Below the pieces are notes generated by a model that searched no databases, was not told the origin of the DNA, and was given only the letters and a program-made list of their open reading frames with translations. The position numbers and the translations under genes were made by a program. Of a stretch of 64,000 nucleotides of DNA, positions 11,760-25,089 are shown in pieces (position 1 is the stretch's first letter; every line of letters starts with the position of its first letter). Origin of the DNA: Octopus vulgaris. Its lineage: Eukaryota. The stretch lies in assembly GCA_951406725.2 (NCBI GenBank), contig OX597828.1, positions 25,420,001 through 25,484,000 of the forward strand. The letters run 5' to 3'.

Positions 11760-12800
11760 AAGCTTAGGTCAATTGCTGCGCGCTGTAAGAATTCAAACGA
11801 GGTTCTTCAGCAATGGAAGCAGCAAGAAATATTTGTTCTGTCTTTGTAAATGAAGCTTCAAGTGTCCGAACATGACAACAGTGGTTTGACTGGTTTCGTT
11901 CCAGAATTTTTTCTCTTGAAGATTCTCATCGATCTGGATTATCAAGTTCGGTCAATGCTGAGCTTCTGAAAATCAAAAGAAAACTGTGCAAGAATTAGCA
12001 AAACAGTTCAATTCCAGTAACATTTCGATCCTGAAATATCTTCAGGTGCTTGAAAAGGTGTCTAAATTGGTAAGTGGATCCTTCATCATCTGACCTGACT
12101 GATTCTCAGCTTAATCAGAGCTCCTGCTCGTCATTCAAGAGTAGACTTGCTGCCGAACCTTCCCGGGCAGACTCGTCACAAGTGAGGAAGGTTCCCTGAA
12201 ATCATATCCAATGAAATCGACAATGGTTAGCACCGACTGAAAGAGGCGAGTTGATTTCTAAACCCGAGATGTATCCGAAAAAAGTGTTAGGTGGAATATA
12301 CAAAGGTGCCGTCTATCATGAAATATTAAACCAAACCGAAATAATTAACGTGAAGTATCGTTGTCAATTGGAAGCAATCCACAAAAATTTGCTGAAAAAG
12401 CGCCCATCATTGGTCATTCTTAAAGGAGCATTACTCTTAGACGACAATGCGAGACAATATATTGTCCAAGTCAGACAGGAAAAGATCCGTGGCACTAAAT
12501 ATACAAGTGTTGCCTCATCCTGCCTACTCTGCCGACCTTGCTCCACGTGACTATCATCTTTTCAGATTATTGTGATGTTATTTACAGAGAAAAATTGTGA
12601 AGAGATTAAAAAGGATTTTCTATGTTTCGAAACCTGAATCATTTCATGCTTTAGGGATCAGCAGTTTGCTAAGCAGATGGGATTATGATGACAATCATAA
12701 TGGGAAACAGTATCAGGATTAGATAGATCAATTAAGACCAAAGAAGTATTTGTTTCTATTCCATCTTGAAACGCGACACGTCTTTCTTTCCAACCTGAAA
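11760..12800 (+). mobile_element. Decayed mariner (D,D34D-type) transposase
   Basis: EFKRGSSAMEAARNIC...QQWFDWFRS...SLEDSHRSG; KW-I-L-H-H-L (WVPHEL-like); KPEMYPKKV; LLLDDNARQ (HDNARPH); HPAYSADLAPRDYHLF (YSPDLAPSDYHLF); many frameshifts. Confidence 0.88.
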
Positions 12801-12869
12801 ATTAACAAACACTGCAATATGCAACTTGACTGACTAAACCGCCATATCTACTACTATACATTTTTAGAA

Positions 12870-13136
12870 ATGCGGTGAGCTGGCAGAACCGTTAGAACGC
12901 CGGGCGAAATGCGTAACCGTTACGTTCTGTGTTCAAATTCCGCCGAGGTCGACTTTGCCTTTCACTCTTTCGAGGTCTTTCATCCATTCGAGGTCGACAC
13001 CGATAAATTTCACAACGTACAAACAGTTCGCCCGGCGTGCTAACGTTTCTGCCAGCTCGGGTCGATGTAATCGATTTAATTCGTTTATCTGTCCTTGTTT
13101 GTCTTTGTTTAGCCCCTTGTGGGTAATAAAGAAACA
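12870..13136 (+). mobile_element. SINE family A, rearranged, with an internal inverted copy of its own head
   Basis: The head at 12877-12909 is reverse-complemented at 13027-13058; tail agccccttgtgggtaataaagaaa. Confidence 0.85.
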
Positions 13137-13579
13137 TACATTTTTCAGAAACAAATTCTCATCCGATTATGCGTCCACTTTTGTTGACCGATTCTAAAAT
13201 TCCAATATACCCATACGCACTCAACATCACAAACCAACATACAAACACACATATACACATGCATAAACTAACAACACACACACACGCACATGTACACCCT
13301 TCAAGTTTTTCTTCTGTTAATCTAAATCACTCTTCTCAGTTGGGAATAAGACGTTTTTGCGCAGCCGTTTTGGCCCGCCAATTAGGTGTCAATCATTCAA
13401 CGCTGTCTCATTTGACATCAGACGTTTTAATGTTTCTCTCTCTCTCTCTCTGTCTATCGTATATTCTCTCATTCTCTCTCACTCCGCCCTTTTCTCTGTT
13501 AATGCATGTCAGCATATTTCCCTTTCTGTGTCTAAGGAGAAGAGTAAAGTGTTTATGTTAATCATATTTAATTAATGAA

Positions 13580-13810
13580 GGCGGCGAGCTGGGAGAAACG
13601 TTAGCACACCGGGCGAAATGTGTAGCCGTATTTCGTCTGCCGTTACGTTCTGAGTTCAAATTCCGCCGAGGTCGACTTTGCCTTTCATCCTTTCGGGGTC
13701 GATTAAATAAGTACCAGTTACGCACTGGGGTCGATGTAATTGACTTAATCCCTTTGTCCTTGTTTGTCCCCTCTGTGTTTAGCCCCTTATGGGTAGTAAA
13801 GAAATAGGTA
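13580..13810 (+). mobile_element. SINE family A, full length
   Basis: Collinear with the copies at 7341 and 60219. Confidence 0.92.
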
Positions 13811-14086
13811 TGTATATATTCCTGCGTGGGCGTGCGTGGACTGTGCGTTTGTCTCCAATGCCAAAAAGCACAGTCACCAAAACAGGCTCAGTGCCCAGTC
13901 AACCGTGACAAATCGCCAGCGTCCAAACTGCAGCGCCCAGTCGTCTTATTCGTTCTCAATCAGCTGACAAATCATACATAACCACTCCTCTTTTCCGTGT
14001 TCCTCCGCCTCTCACTCAGTTTATCAGAAGATCTTTGGTAGTTGGTATGAATGATTATTAGCCTCACACCACTTTCCCTCTCTTAT

Positions 14087-14414
14087 TTTAGGAGCACTCC
14101 GTCGGTTACGACGACGAGGGTCCCATCTGATACGATCAACGGAACAGCTTGCTCGTGGAATTAACGTGCAAGTGACTGAGCAATCCACAGACACAAGTAC
14201 CCTTAACGTAGTTCTCAGGGAGATTCAGCGTGACACAGAGTGTGACAAGGCCGGCCCTTTGAAATACAGGTACAACTAACTTTTGCCAGCTGAGTGGACT
14301 GGAGCAACGTGAAAAAAAGTGTCTTGCTCAAGGACACAACACATCGCCAGGAATCGAACTCACGACCTTACAATCGTCAGCCGAATGCCCTAACCACTAA
14401 GCCATGCGCCTTCA
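14087..14414 (-). mobile_element. tRNA-head CORE-like SINE family B
   Basis: Minus strand has an A box tggcttagtggttag, a B box gagttcgattcc, CORE-like gtgtccttgagcaagacact and tail cgtcgtcgtaaccgacggagtg; 14-bp TSD tttccctctcttat at 14073-14086 and 14415-14428. Confidence 0.92.
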
Positions 14415-14845
14415 TTTCCCTCTCTTATAAGCTCAAAGAGAAAGGCAAACATCCTAAAACTCACCTTTGCTAAAAGAAAATATATTTCTAGCGCCAACCA
14501 CGAAAACCTCTCGATAAACACAGTCCCTACTCCAGCAACACTATAATTCTCTTCTTCCTTTTCTCTTTCCTTTCATTTCTGTCTCACCTTCTTCATCATC
14601 CTCAAACCCTCTTTCTTGTCCACACCACCACCACCACCACCACCACCACCACCACCACCACCACCACCACCACCCACCACCACCACCACCACCAACAACA
14701 CCCACCTCCACCACCACCACCACTACCACCACCACCACCACAACCACCACCACTAGCATCTTCATTAGCAGCACCGATCACCTGGTTTCTATGTTCACAT
14801 TTGCGTTGCTCTCGAAAAATGACACCCGCCCACTAGTCTCACTCA

Positions 14846-14903
<58 letters not shown>

Positions 14904-14992
14904 CCATAATTACTCTGTTGTAAATCCGTCAAATTCTGTATTTTGAGGATGCGTGTGTTTAGCTATTGTATTTACTGCTGTATCAATGTATG

Positions 14993-15038
<46 letters not shown>

Positions 15039-15229
15039 CTTGCATATCAGCGCATATATGTGCATATTTATGTGAAAGTGTGTCGGCGTATAGGTGTATA
15101 TGTGTGAGGGTCAGTATTTATCGGAGTGCATATGTTTGCTGGTGTGTATGGACGTGTGGTGCTATTATGTTAGACATGGCCTGCGCCAATACTGGCCGAA
15201 ACCTATCAAAGTATCAATATATATAGATA

Positions 15230-15259
15230 TATATATACACACACACTCACTCTCTCACA

Positions 15260-15337
<78 letters not shown>

Positions 15338-15412
15338 TACGTACACACACACATATATATATACATATATACATATATATACATACATATATATATACAT
15401 ATATACATATAT

Positions 15413-15465
<53 letters not shown>

Positions 15466-15884
15466 TACATATATATATATACATATATGCATATATATAT
15501 ACATATATACATATATATATACATATATACATATATATATATATACATATAAACATATATATATATATACATATATACACACATATATATATACATATAT
15601 ATATACATATATACATATATATATACATATATATATATACATATATATATATACATATATTTATATATACATATATATATATATAATATAATATATATAT
15701 ATATACATATACATATATATATACATATACATATACATATATATATATATACATATATATATATACATATACATATACATATATATATACATATATATAT
15801 ACATATACATATATATATATATATATGCATATACATATATGTATATATATACACACACATATATATATACATATACACATATAT

Positions 15885-15936
<52 letters not shown>

Positions 15937-16110
15937 CGCGCACACACACTCACATATTTGCTGTGTGTGTGTACATGTCTTAATATAAGTGTTTATGATC
16001 ATATGTGAGTACGGTATGCATATGTGCATATTTATGTTTCTACGAATGTGTGTGTGTGTCTGTGTGTGTATGTGTGTATGTGTGTGTGTTTGTGTGTGTG
16101 TTTGTGTGTG
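15230..16110. repeat. Long degenerate (TA)n/(TACA)n/(TG)n microsatellite block
   Basis: Direct reading. Confidence 0.95.
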
Positions 16111-16409
16111 TATGTCAATGCCCCAATGTATATCTATATGTACTTTATGTACCTGTGCATGTTCGTATTAATATACGGACACCCGCATGAACGTGCGCGA
16201 GCGCGCGTGAGTGTAAGTGTTTGTTGGGTGGAGAGGTCCTCCTCAGCTCAGTGACAGCAGCCTGTTGTCGGAGACACACCCAACGTCTAAGTATTAGGTT
16301 ATAAAAATGTGGTGGGTTTCTACTCTCTGTTAACAGATGGCTCCAAAAGGCACACCCAGCTCGTTGTTATTTGATCAGCCGGACACGTGTTTTCCTTTCC
16401 ATGCGTTAC

Positions 16410-16464
<55 letters not shown>

Positions 16465-16596
16465 TTTCTTTCTTAGACAAAACAAGAACGGTGGGTCAGA
16501 GTATACAGAGAGGTAAGTTATGTAAGTATGAGTAATGTATGTATGTATGCGTATGCATACATATACACACGCACATATACACACATATATATATAC

Positions 16597-16634
<38 letters not shown>

Positions 16635-16636
<2 letters not shown>

Positions 16637-16753
16637 CACCGTGATCACCGTGACCGACCAGGTTATCAGATGTTGCTACACATCGCTGGTCACAATGCGC
16701 TTCGCATTGTTTTAGCCTTCAAATGACGCCACCCCACTGGCTAAGCGAGCAGG

Positions 16754-16757
<4 letters not shown>
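16635..16757 (-). mobile_element. Short RTE-type 3' end (or RTE-dependent SINE tail) inside (TA)n
   Basis: Shares tgtgaccagcg.tgt and the terminal ctggtcggtca.ggtgatca.ggtgat with the RTE-like fragment at 40591-40731. Confidence 0.6.
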
Positions 16758-16788
<31 letters not shown>

Positions 16789-16990
16789 GTGTATGTATAT
16801 CTATATCTGTGTATCTCTCTCTCTCTCTCTCTCTCTCATATATGTATATATATATAATCTATCTATCTAGCTATGTATGTATGTATCTATCTATCTATAT
16901 GTATGTGTATGCATGTGTGTGTTTCGTGTATTTACGTACTTTTCACTCGTTGGTGATGTCTTGTACTTAATGTGTATTATATGTGTGTGT

Positions 16991-17130
16991 GTGTGGCTGT
17001 GTAGTAAGTAGCTTGCTTCCCAACCACATGGTTCGTACAATTACTGTGTGGCACCCAAGTGTCTTCTACTTAGTCGGGCCGACCAAAACCTTATGAGTAG
17101 ATTTGCTAGACGGAAACTGAAAGAAGCCAG

Positions 17131-17133
<3 letters not shown>
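16991..17133 (+). mobile_element. SINE family D, 5' half (the matching 3' half is at 19221-19445)
   Basis: Matches 56933-57080 of the intact copy; followed by (TA)n. Confidence 0.85.
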
Positions 17134-17183
<50 letters not shown>

Positions 17184-17190
<7 letters not shown>

Positions 17191-18271
17191 GACAATCATA
17201 ATAATACTCAGAGTTTCAAATTCTCAGAGTTTCACACTCCTTTACTCCCCGTAGTTACCTTTAATATAGGTAAATATTTCTTATCATTTATAGATAGACA
17301 CTTTCCAGTAAATCATAAATATAGGAAACTCTTTAATAGGCAAAGCCTAAAAATTAACTTTAGTTCAACCACAAATTTTAAAAATATAATTACACACAAT
17401 ACACAAAAACAACAACATTAAGCCGACTGTTCCTGTAGAGATAAAGACTTGGGCCCGCTGAGCTTGCATGACTGAGATCATCATTTATGAAGCCACTGTA
17501 GATTCTACGACCGCTAAGGTAACAGTATCGTCAAAGAAATATGTGAGTCTCACAGAGGAAAATTTAAAGCTAGATTTAATAATCACACCTTGACCTTCAG
17601 ACCCTGGGATAAAATAAAAATGACCAAATTATCCAGTTATATATGGTCTTTAAAAGAACAAGGTGTCAGCTATAAGATTCACTGGAAGATCTTGGCCAAG
17701 TATAAACCTTACAGCAACGGCAGTGGAAAGTGTGGTCTTTGCGATATGGAAATATGACTCATTTGGAAAAAGTTCTTTAGATCTCACTACATGTCTAAAT
17801 TCAAAAACTGAACTTTTTGGGTCATGTCCATATATGACAAAATACTTGTTACGTCCCCCCCAAGATCACAGATAGAAACTGCTTTTTATATTATGTTCAT
17901 GTACAAGCCTTTCATATGTCTTAACATTTCTTATATATTTTTTATTGGTTTATATATATAGTTTTTGTATATATTTTTCCCACTTTTTTCAATTGTGTGA
18001 CTGAATACGCGTGTAGTATTTGTATGTATAAGCATATATTAAATGTGTATGCGTGTGTATGTGTATATATGTGTACGAATGTATGTACATACGCTTGTAT
18101 ATCTGCAGCTGTAGGTCTGTTGAGAGATAGGAGGGTGTATATATATATGCACCTCTATACATATGTATATATACATGAATATTCATGTTTGCAGCGAGTG
18201 TGAATATAAACGTATGAGTGTACATATATGTATACATTTTATGTTTGTGTATGTATATGCGCTCGTGAGTT

Positions 18272-18367
<96 letters not shown>

Positions 18368-18630
18368 CATATATGTATATTGTTTAAATTTTTGTATGAG
18401 TATATTTATTTATGTAAGTTCTAAGATAAGTGTAAGCATTTTTCTATGTGAAGATGAAGATATATATACATATATAGGTACGTGTGTGTGTATTTTTATA
18501 TGCGTATGTGCGTATGTGTGTGCGTGTAGAGATGTGTATATGAGCATAATAATGCGTGTTGTACACATGTGTATGTATATGTATGTGTATATATATATAC
18601 ATATATATATATACATATAAATATATATAC

Positions 18631-18662
<32 letters not shown>

Positions 18663-18962
18663 TTGTGCGTGGTGCATGTATGTATATACACATGTCTGCT
18701 TGAGTGCGTACGTATGTATATTTTATGAACGAAGATTTTTATCTTTATGAGTATGTGGTTGCGTGTATTTTTATAATTCAATATATTTTATATCTTTTAC
18801 TTATGTTTTTCTATGCCTATTAGAGTAACTTCCCTTTGTTCAACGGTGTTTATCATAGCGTTTCCTGTTTTAATAACTGATGAAAAATGCCTGGAAGCTC
18901 TCATCTCCGGAATTTGAAACTCTGAGTATTATTATGACAACTTACTGGTTGTCCATCCAATA
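17184..18962 (+). mobile_element. Penelope-like element 3' portion (Naiad-type GIY-YIG endonuclease, pLTR with hammerhead), with inverted termini, inserted in (TA)n
   Basis: 17420-17875 reads CSCRDKD...CMTEIIIYEATV...KYVSLTEE.FKARFNNH..TF...TKLSSYIWSLKE...IHWKILAKYKPYSNGSGKCGLCDME...LNSKTELFGSCP, with frameshifts; 28-bp inverted repeat 17196-17223 / 18910-18937. Confidence 0.85.
18871..18934 (+). ncRNA. Minimal type-I hammerhead ribozyme motif
   Basis: Helix I TAATAA/TTATTA; core CTGATGA; imperfect helix II; GAAA; helix III ACTC-T-GAGT; GTA cleavage triplet at 18926-18928. Confidence 0.75.
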
Positions 18963-19027
18963 TTATATATATATATATCTATATCTATCTATCTATATAT
19001 ATCTATATATATCTATATCTATATCTA

Positions 19028-19134
<107 letters not shown>

Positions 19135-19183
19135 TATATGTATATATAAATTCTTCGAGGTCTCATTCATTCTTTTGTTGTTA

Positions 19184-19214
<31 letters not shown>

Positions 19215-19220
19215 ATATAT

Positions 19221-19445
19221 GTTTGTGTGTGCGTGTGTGTGTGTGTCTGTATGTGTGTGTATATGATTGTGTGTCTGTTTGTCTCTCCAACATTGCTTGA
19301 CAACCGATTCTGGTGTGTTCACGTCCCCGTAAGTTAGCGTTTGAGCAAAAGAGACCGATAGAATAAGTACTAGGCATACAAAGAATAAGTCCCGAGGTCG
19401 ATTTGCTCGACTTAAGGCCGCAGCCAAATTACTGAAATAAAAGAA
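19221..19445 (+). mobile_element. SINE family D, 3' half
   Basis: caacattgcttgacaaccgat...cgtccccgtaagttagcg...gagaccgatagaataagtactagg, matching 57148-57328. Confidence 0.85.
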
Positions 19446-19482
19446 TTTTATATTTTTATATTTATATATATACACACACACA

Positions 19483-19873
19483 TGGCGCGGGCATGGCTGT
19501 GTGGTTAGGGAGCTTGCTTTCTAGTTATATGGCTTCGGGTTCAGTCCCACTGCGTGGCACTTTGGGTAGGTGTCTTCCACTATAGCCCCGAGCCGACCGG
19601 AGCTTTGTGATTGAATTCGGTAGGTGGAAGCTACTGCCGTGTGTGTATATGTGCGTGTAGGTGCTTGTGCGTCTCCGAAAGAGAGAGAGGGAAAAACTAC
19701 CTCGCTTGGTAACAGGTGGGGTTGGCGTCAGGAAGGGCATCCGGCCGCAGAAAACTTGCCACACGCATAGCGCTGCGTATATGTGCATACATTTTTAAAA
19801 AAAATAAAAATGGCGGTGCCCCAGCATGGCCACAGCTCATAAGCTGAAACTAGAATCAATCAATCAATCAATC
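19483..19873 (+). mobile_element. Composite SINE: family-D-like head, a different middle (ggcgtcaggaagggcatccggccg) and a CR1/L2-type tail ending in (TCAA)n
   Basis: The head aligns by eye to family D; the tail ggcggtgccccagcatggccacagctcataagctgaaactag matches the LINE end at 46713-46756. Confidence 0.65.
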
Positions 19874-20393
19874 ACATGATTGAATGAACGTACATATTTA
19901 TGTATGTATGTCTGCGTGTATATGTACATACATATGTTTTGTGTATACGTGTGTGAGAGCGTATATATATGTGTGTGTGTGTATGTATGTATGTACGATT
20001 AAAGGTGGTATGTAGATAGGTGGAAAGATGTGTATGTAAAACGGTGCATGGAACGTGGGTCACAGATGTATACTAATACGGACAAAACTTTTACGTAAAC
20101 TAAACGAACATAAGACAGTTTCACACGAACGCGTTCCGCTTGAAAGCTAGCAACACCTACATACACGAAACTCACTCCCTCTCTCTATGTTCTTTCCTTC
20201 CTTCTTTCTTTCCTTCTTCCTTTCCTTCTTTCCGTCTGTCCGTCTATCTATTCGTGTGCGTTCAATTGTAGGGACAACACTTTTCACCTATTCATTAAAA
20301 TATACATTTCTTCAAGATGCGGAATATGTTATTTTATTGGTTAAACAGAGTTAATCCAGTTTCGCCTATTATCGAGTTTTATGGGAGCAACTG

Positions 20394-20616
20394 TCTTTGA
20401 AGACTCATATTAGAGTCGAATGCTCGAAATAAGGAGTAGATAGACAGCCGACAACTGATGAAGGGTCCTTTCATTGTGTTAACTAGTCCTGTTTTCCATT
20501 TGTTTAGGTACTAGTTAACAGGACTAGTTAACACAACGAAAGGACCCTTCATCAGTTGTCTGCTGTCTATCTACTCCTTGTTTCGAGCATTCAACTCTAA
20601 TATGAGTCTTCAAAGA
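20394..20616. repeat. 100-bp-arm imperfect palindrome, with a third copy at 21514-21636
   Basis: Arms 20394-20493 and 20517-20616, 23-nt spacer. Confidence 0.95.
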
Positions 20617-20967
20617 GTTTTATAGTTGTCGGAGACAGCATTATTGAAGGCAGTAGTGAATGAAAGAATCATCGAAGATCAAACGCCACGGAGGGCTGAG
20701 CTTAAAAGTAGATCGAAGAAACTAACTGATACTCTCCACTGTCAGGAAGAGTAAACTTGGTCAGGTAGTAGCGATCTGAGGGAAGTAGGAGCACCGATCT
20801 CTAACAGTACAGAACAGAACAGAAATCAATATGGAAGACTATATAACACTGAAGCAATCTGCAGCCTGTTGCTCGGCTGATATTTCAGAGCTGTTATGTT
20901 TAGAATATTAGAAATATCTACCAGTTAACGTACGTACGCACGTACGTACGTATGTATGTATGTATGT

Positions 20968-21131
20968 AAAGCCAGAGCCGCCTGCACCAGTAGCACGGCC
21001 CCTACCCACTTCTGCCCCACTTGTGGGAGGGGCTTCCTTGCCCGGATTGGCCTCACCAGCCACCTCCGGTCTCATGGCGACAGTTCCACCAGATGATGTC
21101 AGTGGTCATCTTCGAACCCGAAGGACGAACA
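20968..21131 (+). mobile_element. RTE (BovB-like) LINE 3' end
   Basis: HFCPTCGR..LARIGLTSHLRSH C2H2 finger (one frameshift), stop, then 3' stem-loop tcttcgaacccgaagga; second copy at 59835. Confidence 0.82.
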
Positions 21132-21345
21132 TATACATACATACATACATGCATGTATGTATGTATGTATGTATGTATGTATGTATGTATGTATGTATGT
21201 ATGTATGTATGTATGTATGTATGTATGTATGTGTGTATGTGTGTAGATGCGTGTGTACTCGCGCGCGTATGTGCGTGTATATACTTACACACACAGACAT
21301 GTACATATGTAAATGTAGATGCACATTAAAGGCCTGTGATATACA

Positions 21346-21417
<72 letters not shown>

Positions 21418-22259
21418 GCATATATAGGTACAGGTCGTTACCAACGGTGCAAATAACATGAAATACGTAAACAAACGAGGGAAAAACGAGTGAAATACCT
21501 AAATAAGAAAAAAAAATGGAAAACAGGACTAGTTAAGACAGTGAAAGGACCCTTCATCAGTTGTCGGCTGTCTATCTACTCCTCATTTCGAGCATTCAAC
21601 TCTAATATGAGTCTTCAAAGACAGTTGCTCTCATAATTCTAAACTTAATTTTGGATTTATGGCGGTTCAAAGCTGGGAATAAAAACATGACGGTGGAGAC
21701 ATACAAGGAAACCGAACGAAAACAAACATGGCAGGTCGTTAAATCAGAATGAGAGGAAAATTGTGAACGTTGGAAGAAACATTTTTTTGAAAAGAGAAAA
21801 ATAGAAAAGAGAAGATATACACACACACATAGATATATACTGGAAAATGTGAGAGATCCTTGGTTCAGTATAGACAGTATACAGGTATATTTGAAAAAAT
21901 ACAAAAAATATGTCGTCATTGGTAGTTCTAATCAGTTTAATTTATTACTAAAAAAAAATTTTTAGTAATATAAATTTTGCACTTTACTTCATAGATCTAG
22001 TAAGTTCATTGTTAACTTGGGTGGGGAGATTTTTTCTCAAAAATTTCCTTGTTAACTTTTTTCGAGAACTTTCTCGCATTCGTTGTCAAACAGGTCTGAG
22101 GATTTGGGGCTTTGTGATTCTATATATATATGGAATTTGGGTGTGTTTGGGTGGGGTTGGGGTTTGTTAATCAGTGTGGGAGTGTAAGGCTTGATGAATG
22201 ATAGTTGTAAGAACGTAATGAATGGTCAACACAAGGTACTTCATTGAGGGTAGAATTCT

Positions 22260-22476
22260 TTTATTCATTTATTCTTTTATTTGTTTCAGTATTCTGATTG
22301 CGGCCATGCAGGAGCACCGCCTTTAGTCGAAGAAATCGATTCCAGGATATATTCTTCGTAAGCCTGGTACTTACTCTATCAGTCTCTTTTGCCGAACCCC
22401 AAACGGGAGGTAAACACACCAGTATCGGTTGTCAAGCAAAGGTGGCGAGGAAGAAACTCGGATACACACACACACA

Positions 22477-22526
<50 letters not shown>

Positions 22527-22658
22527 CGACGGGCTTCTTTCGGTTTTCGTCTACCAGATCCACAGAGAAGGCTTTGGTTTGCCCGAAGCTATAGTAGAAG
22601 ATACTAGCCCAAGGTACCATGCAGTGGAACTGAACCCGGAACTGTGTGGTTGGGAAGC
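22260..22658 (-). mobile_element. SINE family D with internal (CA)n
   Basis: Reverse complement of 56933-57328, diverged. Confidence 0.88.
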
Positions 22659-22772
22659 ATGTTTGCATGTATATATATGCATTTAAGTATCCGTGTACAT
22701 TTTAGTTTGAAGCGGATGGTCCCATTGGTATTCCCAGTCTCTCGCTTTTGTGCGTCTGTTCAACGTACAATG

Positions 22773-23066
22773 ACATACATACATACATACATACATACAT
22801 TACATACATACATTACATACATACATTACATACATACATTACATACATACATACATACATACATTACATACATACATTACATACATACATTACATACATA
22901 CATACATTACATACATACATACATTACATACATACATTACATACAGTACATACATACATACATGCATACATACATTACATACAAACATTACATACATACA
23001 TACATACATTACATACATACATACATTACGTACATACATACATACATGCATGCATACATACATACA

Positions 23067-23097
<31 letters not shown>

Positions 23098-23107
23098 CAT
23101 ACATACA

Positions 23108-23138
<31 letters not shown>

Positions 23139-23352
23139 CATACATACATACATACATACATACATGCATGCATACATACATTACATACATACATACATAC
23201 ATACATTACATACATTACATACATACATACATTACATACATTACATACATTACATACATACATACCTACATGCATGCATGCATACATATATATACATACA
23301 TACATACATACATACATACATACATGCATACATACATACATACATACATACC
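22773..23352. repeat. (TACA)n microsatellite with interspersed TACAT units
   Basis: Direct reading. Confidence 0.95.
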
Positions 23353-25038
23353 TGTGTGTGTGTGTGTCTGCGTACACAAAATACGATCATTCTTATTCTC
23401 ATATTTGGTGGATGATATGTTTGGTAAACTGTCAGCCTTAATATTATGCTCTATTTATATACACCCGTCTTCGTACTGAGTTCGAATCATGCCGGTGTCA
23501 TTTTAACCCTTCATTTTTGGTATTCAGTAGAATAAAGTACCAGACAAGTACTAGCGTAATTTAGATCAGTTATTCCAATTGTTAACTTGTATCTATATTA
23601 GAAATTATGATTACGTTGAGCGCATCGCTTCGTTTGGCCATTATACGCTATATCACCAAAGTGCTTAGTTGGCAATGCCATTTAAGATTCTTGCAGAGTG
23701 TCTTGCACCCGTTTATTGAAAACATATCTCGAAATGCTGCACACACAGACAGACACACACACACAATACAGATACGCACGCTCAGGCACACACATAATAA
23801 TAGCTAAATAAGTAAATATATAATTTTTAGTGTAGTCTATTTTGAATCATTATACTTTTTCTAAAAATCTTCTCTATTGGTGTTAATAAGCTACATATAC
23901 TTTACCATAGTATTAGTAATTAAGCTATTTCATTTCCTTTTCTATGGGGTTCTGCCCTACTTGATTATTTTATTTTATTTCTTTATTATTTTATAACCAG
24001 CCTTTATTTATTTATAAAATTAATATAATTTTTGCATCTCTAAAAATTCATACTTAGCTTATATAAAACTATACTGGTGTATTCACTGCTTATTAAAAAA
24101 TACTGCTTAGATTAAAATTATACTAATATATAATTAGCATGTTCCTTTACCCCAGTACTCCTTTATTAATACCAGTATATACCAATTAATCAATATTCAC
24201 AGATACCATCTGATGAGTTAGTATTTAAGTGTACAATATGTATAAATATTAAACTATTTCTGGATAATTTCTTTTCCTCCCTCTGTTGTGGTAAAGGTTT
24301 GGTATATACTCAAAAGTATTCATAAATTTCTATCCTTTTGTTATAATATTCTTCTTAATAATCCTTTGAATAACCCTAAACTTTAACTGTAAAGAATATA
24401 GCAACGTTGTTTGAAATATTTAACTATAGTTAAAACATCTTGTTTTAAGTTTTCCCTTACTAAACCTCATGATATTGCTTATAATAAATCTTGATTTTTT
24501 ATGGCTATGCCAACTAGAATGTCTGTCTACTCCCCAGCCCTTCCCCCAACAGATACTGCCCTCTGTTCTCTCAGCCTTAGATAGACAAGGGATTTGATAA
24601 ACTAGTCTATAAATTCAAACTGACCCCATAAAAACAAATAAAATCAGTGACAGGCAGAGTCTTCATGATAATTTTAGTAACTTCTATGCAGAAGTAGAGA
24701 CAACATGTTCTTTGTCTATCTCCTTAACTTCTTGGAGATTTTAGGTATAATTATACTAATGTGTCCATCTGTTCTAATCTATTTAAATTCTATGTTTTTG
24801 TGCAGCTTAAGATTGCTCTGCATTTTAAATTGATGTAATGATTGCATTGTTCAATTAAATGGAGTTGCATGAAACGATCGTACTGCATTAACTCTGGATA
24901 TCCTTGTTGCTTATTTTGATTATCATCACCTTATTTTGAAATTGTATGGATAATACTGTAGTAAATTCTGGGGCCTCAGCTTAAATACCATATTCATCTG
25001 AATCTAAATTTTTGCTGAACTCATCTACCATACTCAAA

Positions 25039-25087
<49 letters not shown>

Positions 25088-25089
<2 letters not shown>

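Noticed and set aside
20440-20500. CTGATGA in the palindrome arms as a hammerhead
   Set aside because: Helices I-III could not be assembled in any topology.
24205-24265. CTGATGA followed by a good helix II
   Set aside because: The GAAA and helix III are missing; at best a decayed hammerhead.
24300-25020. Possible decayed PLE endonuclease on the minus strand
   Set aside because: No unambiguous GIY-YIG motif was recovered.
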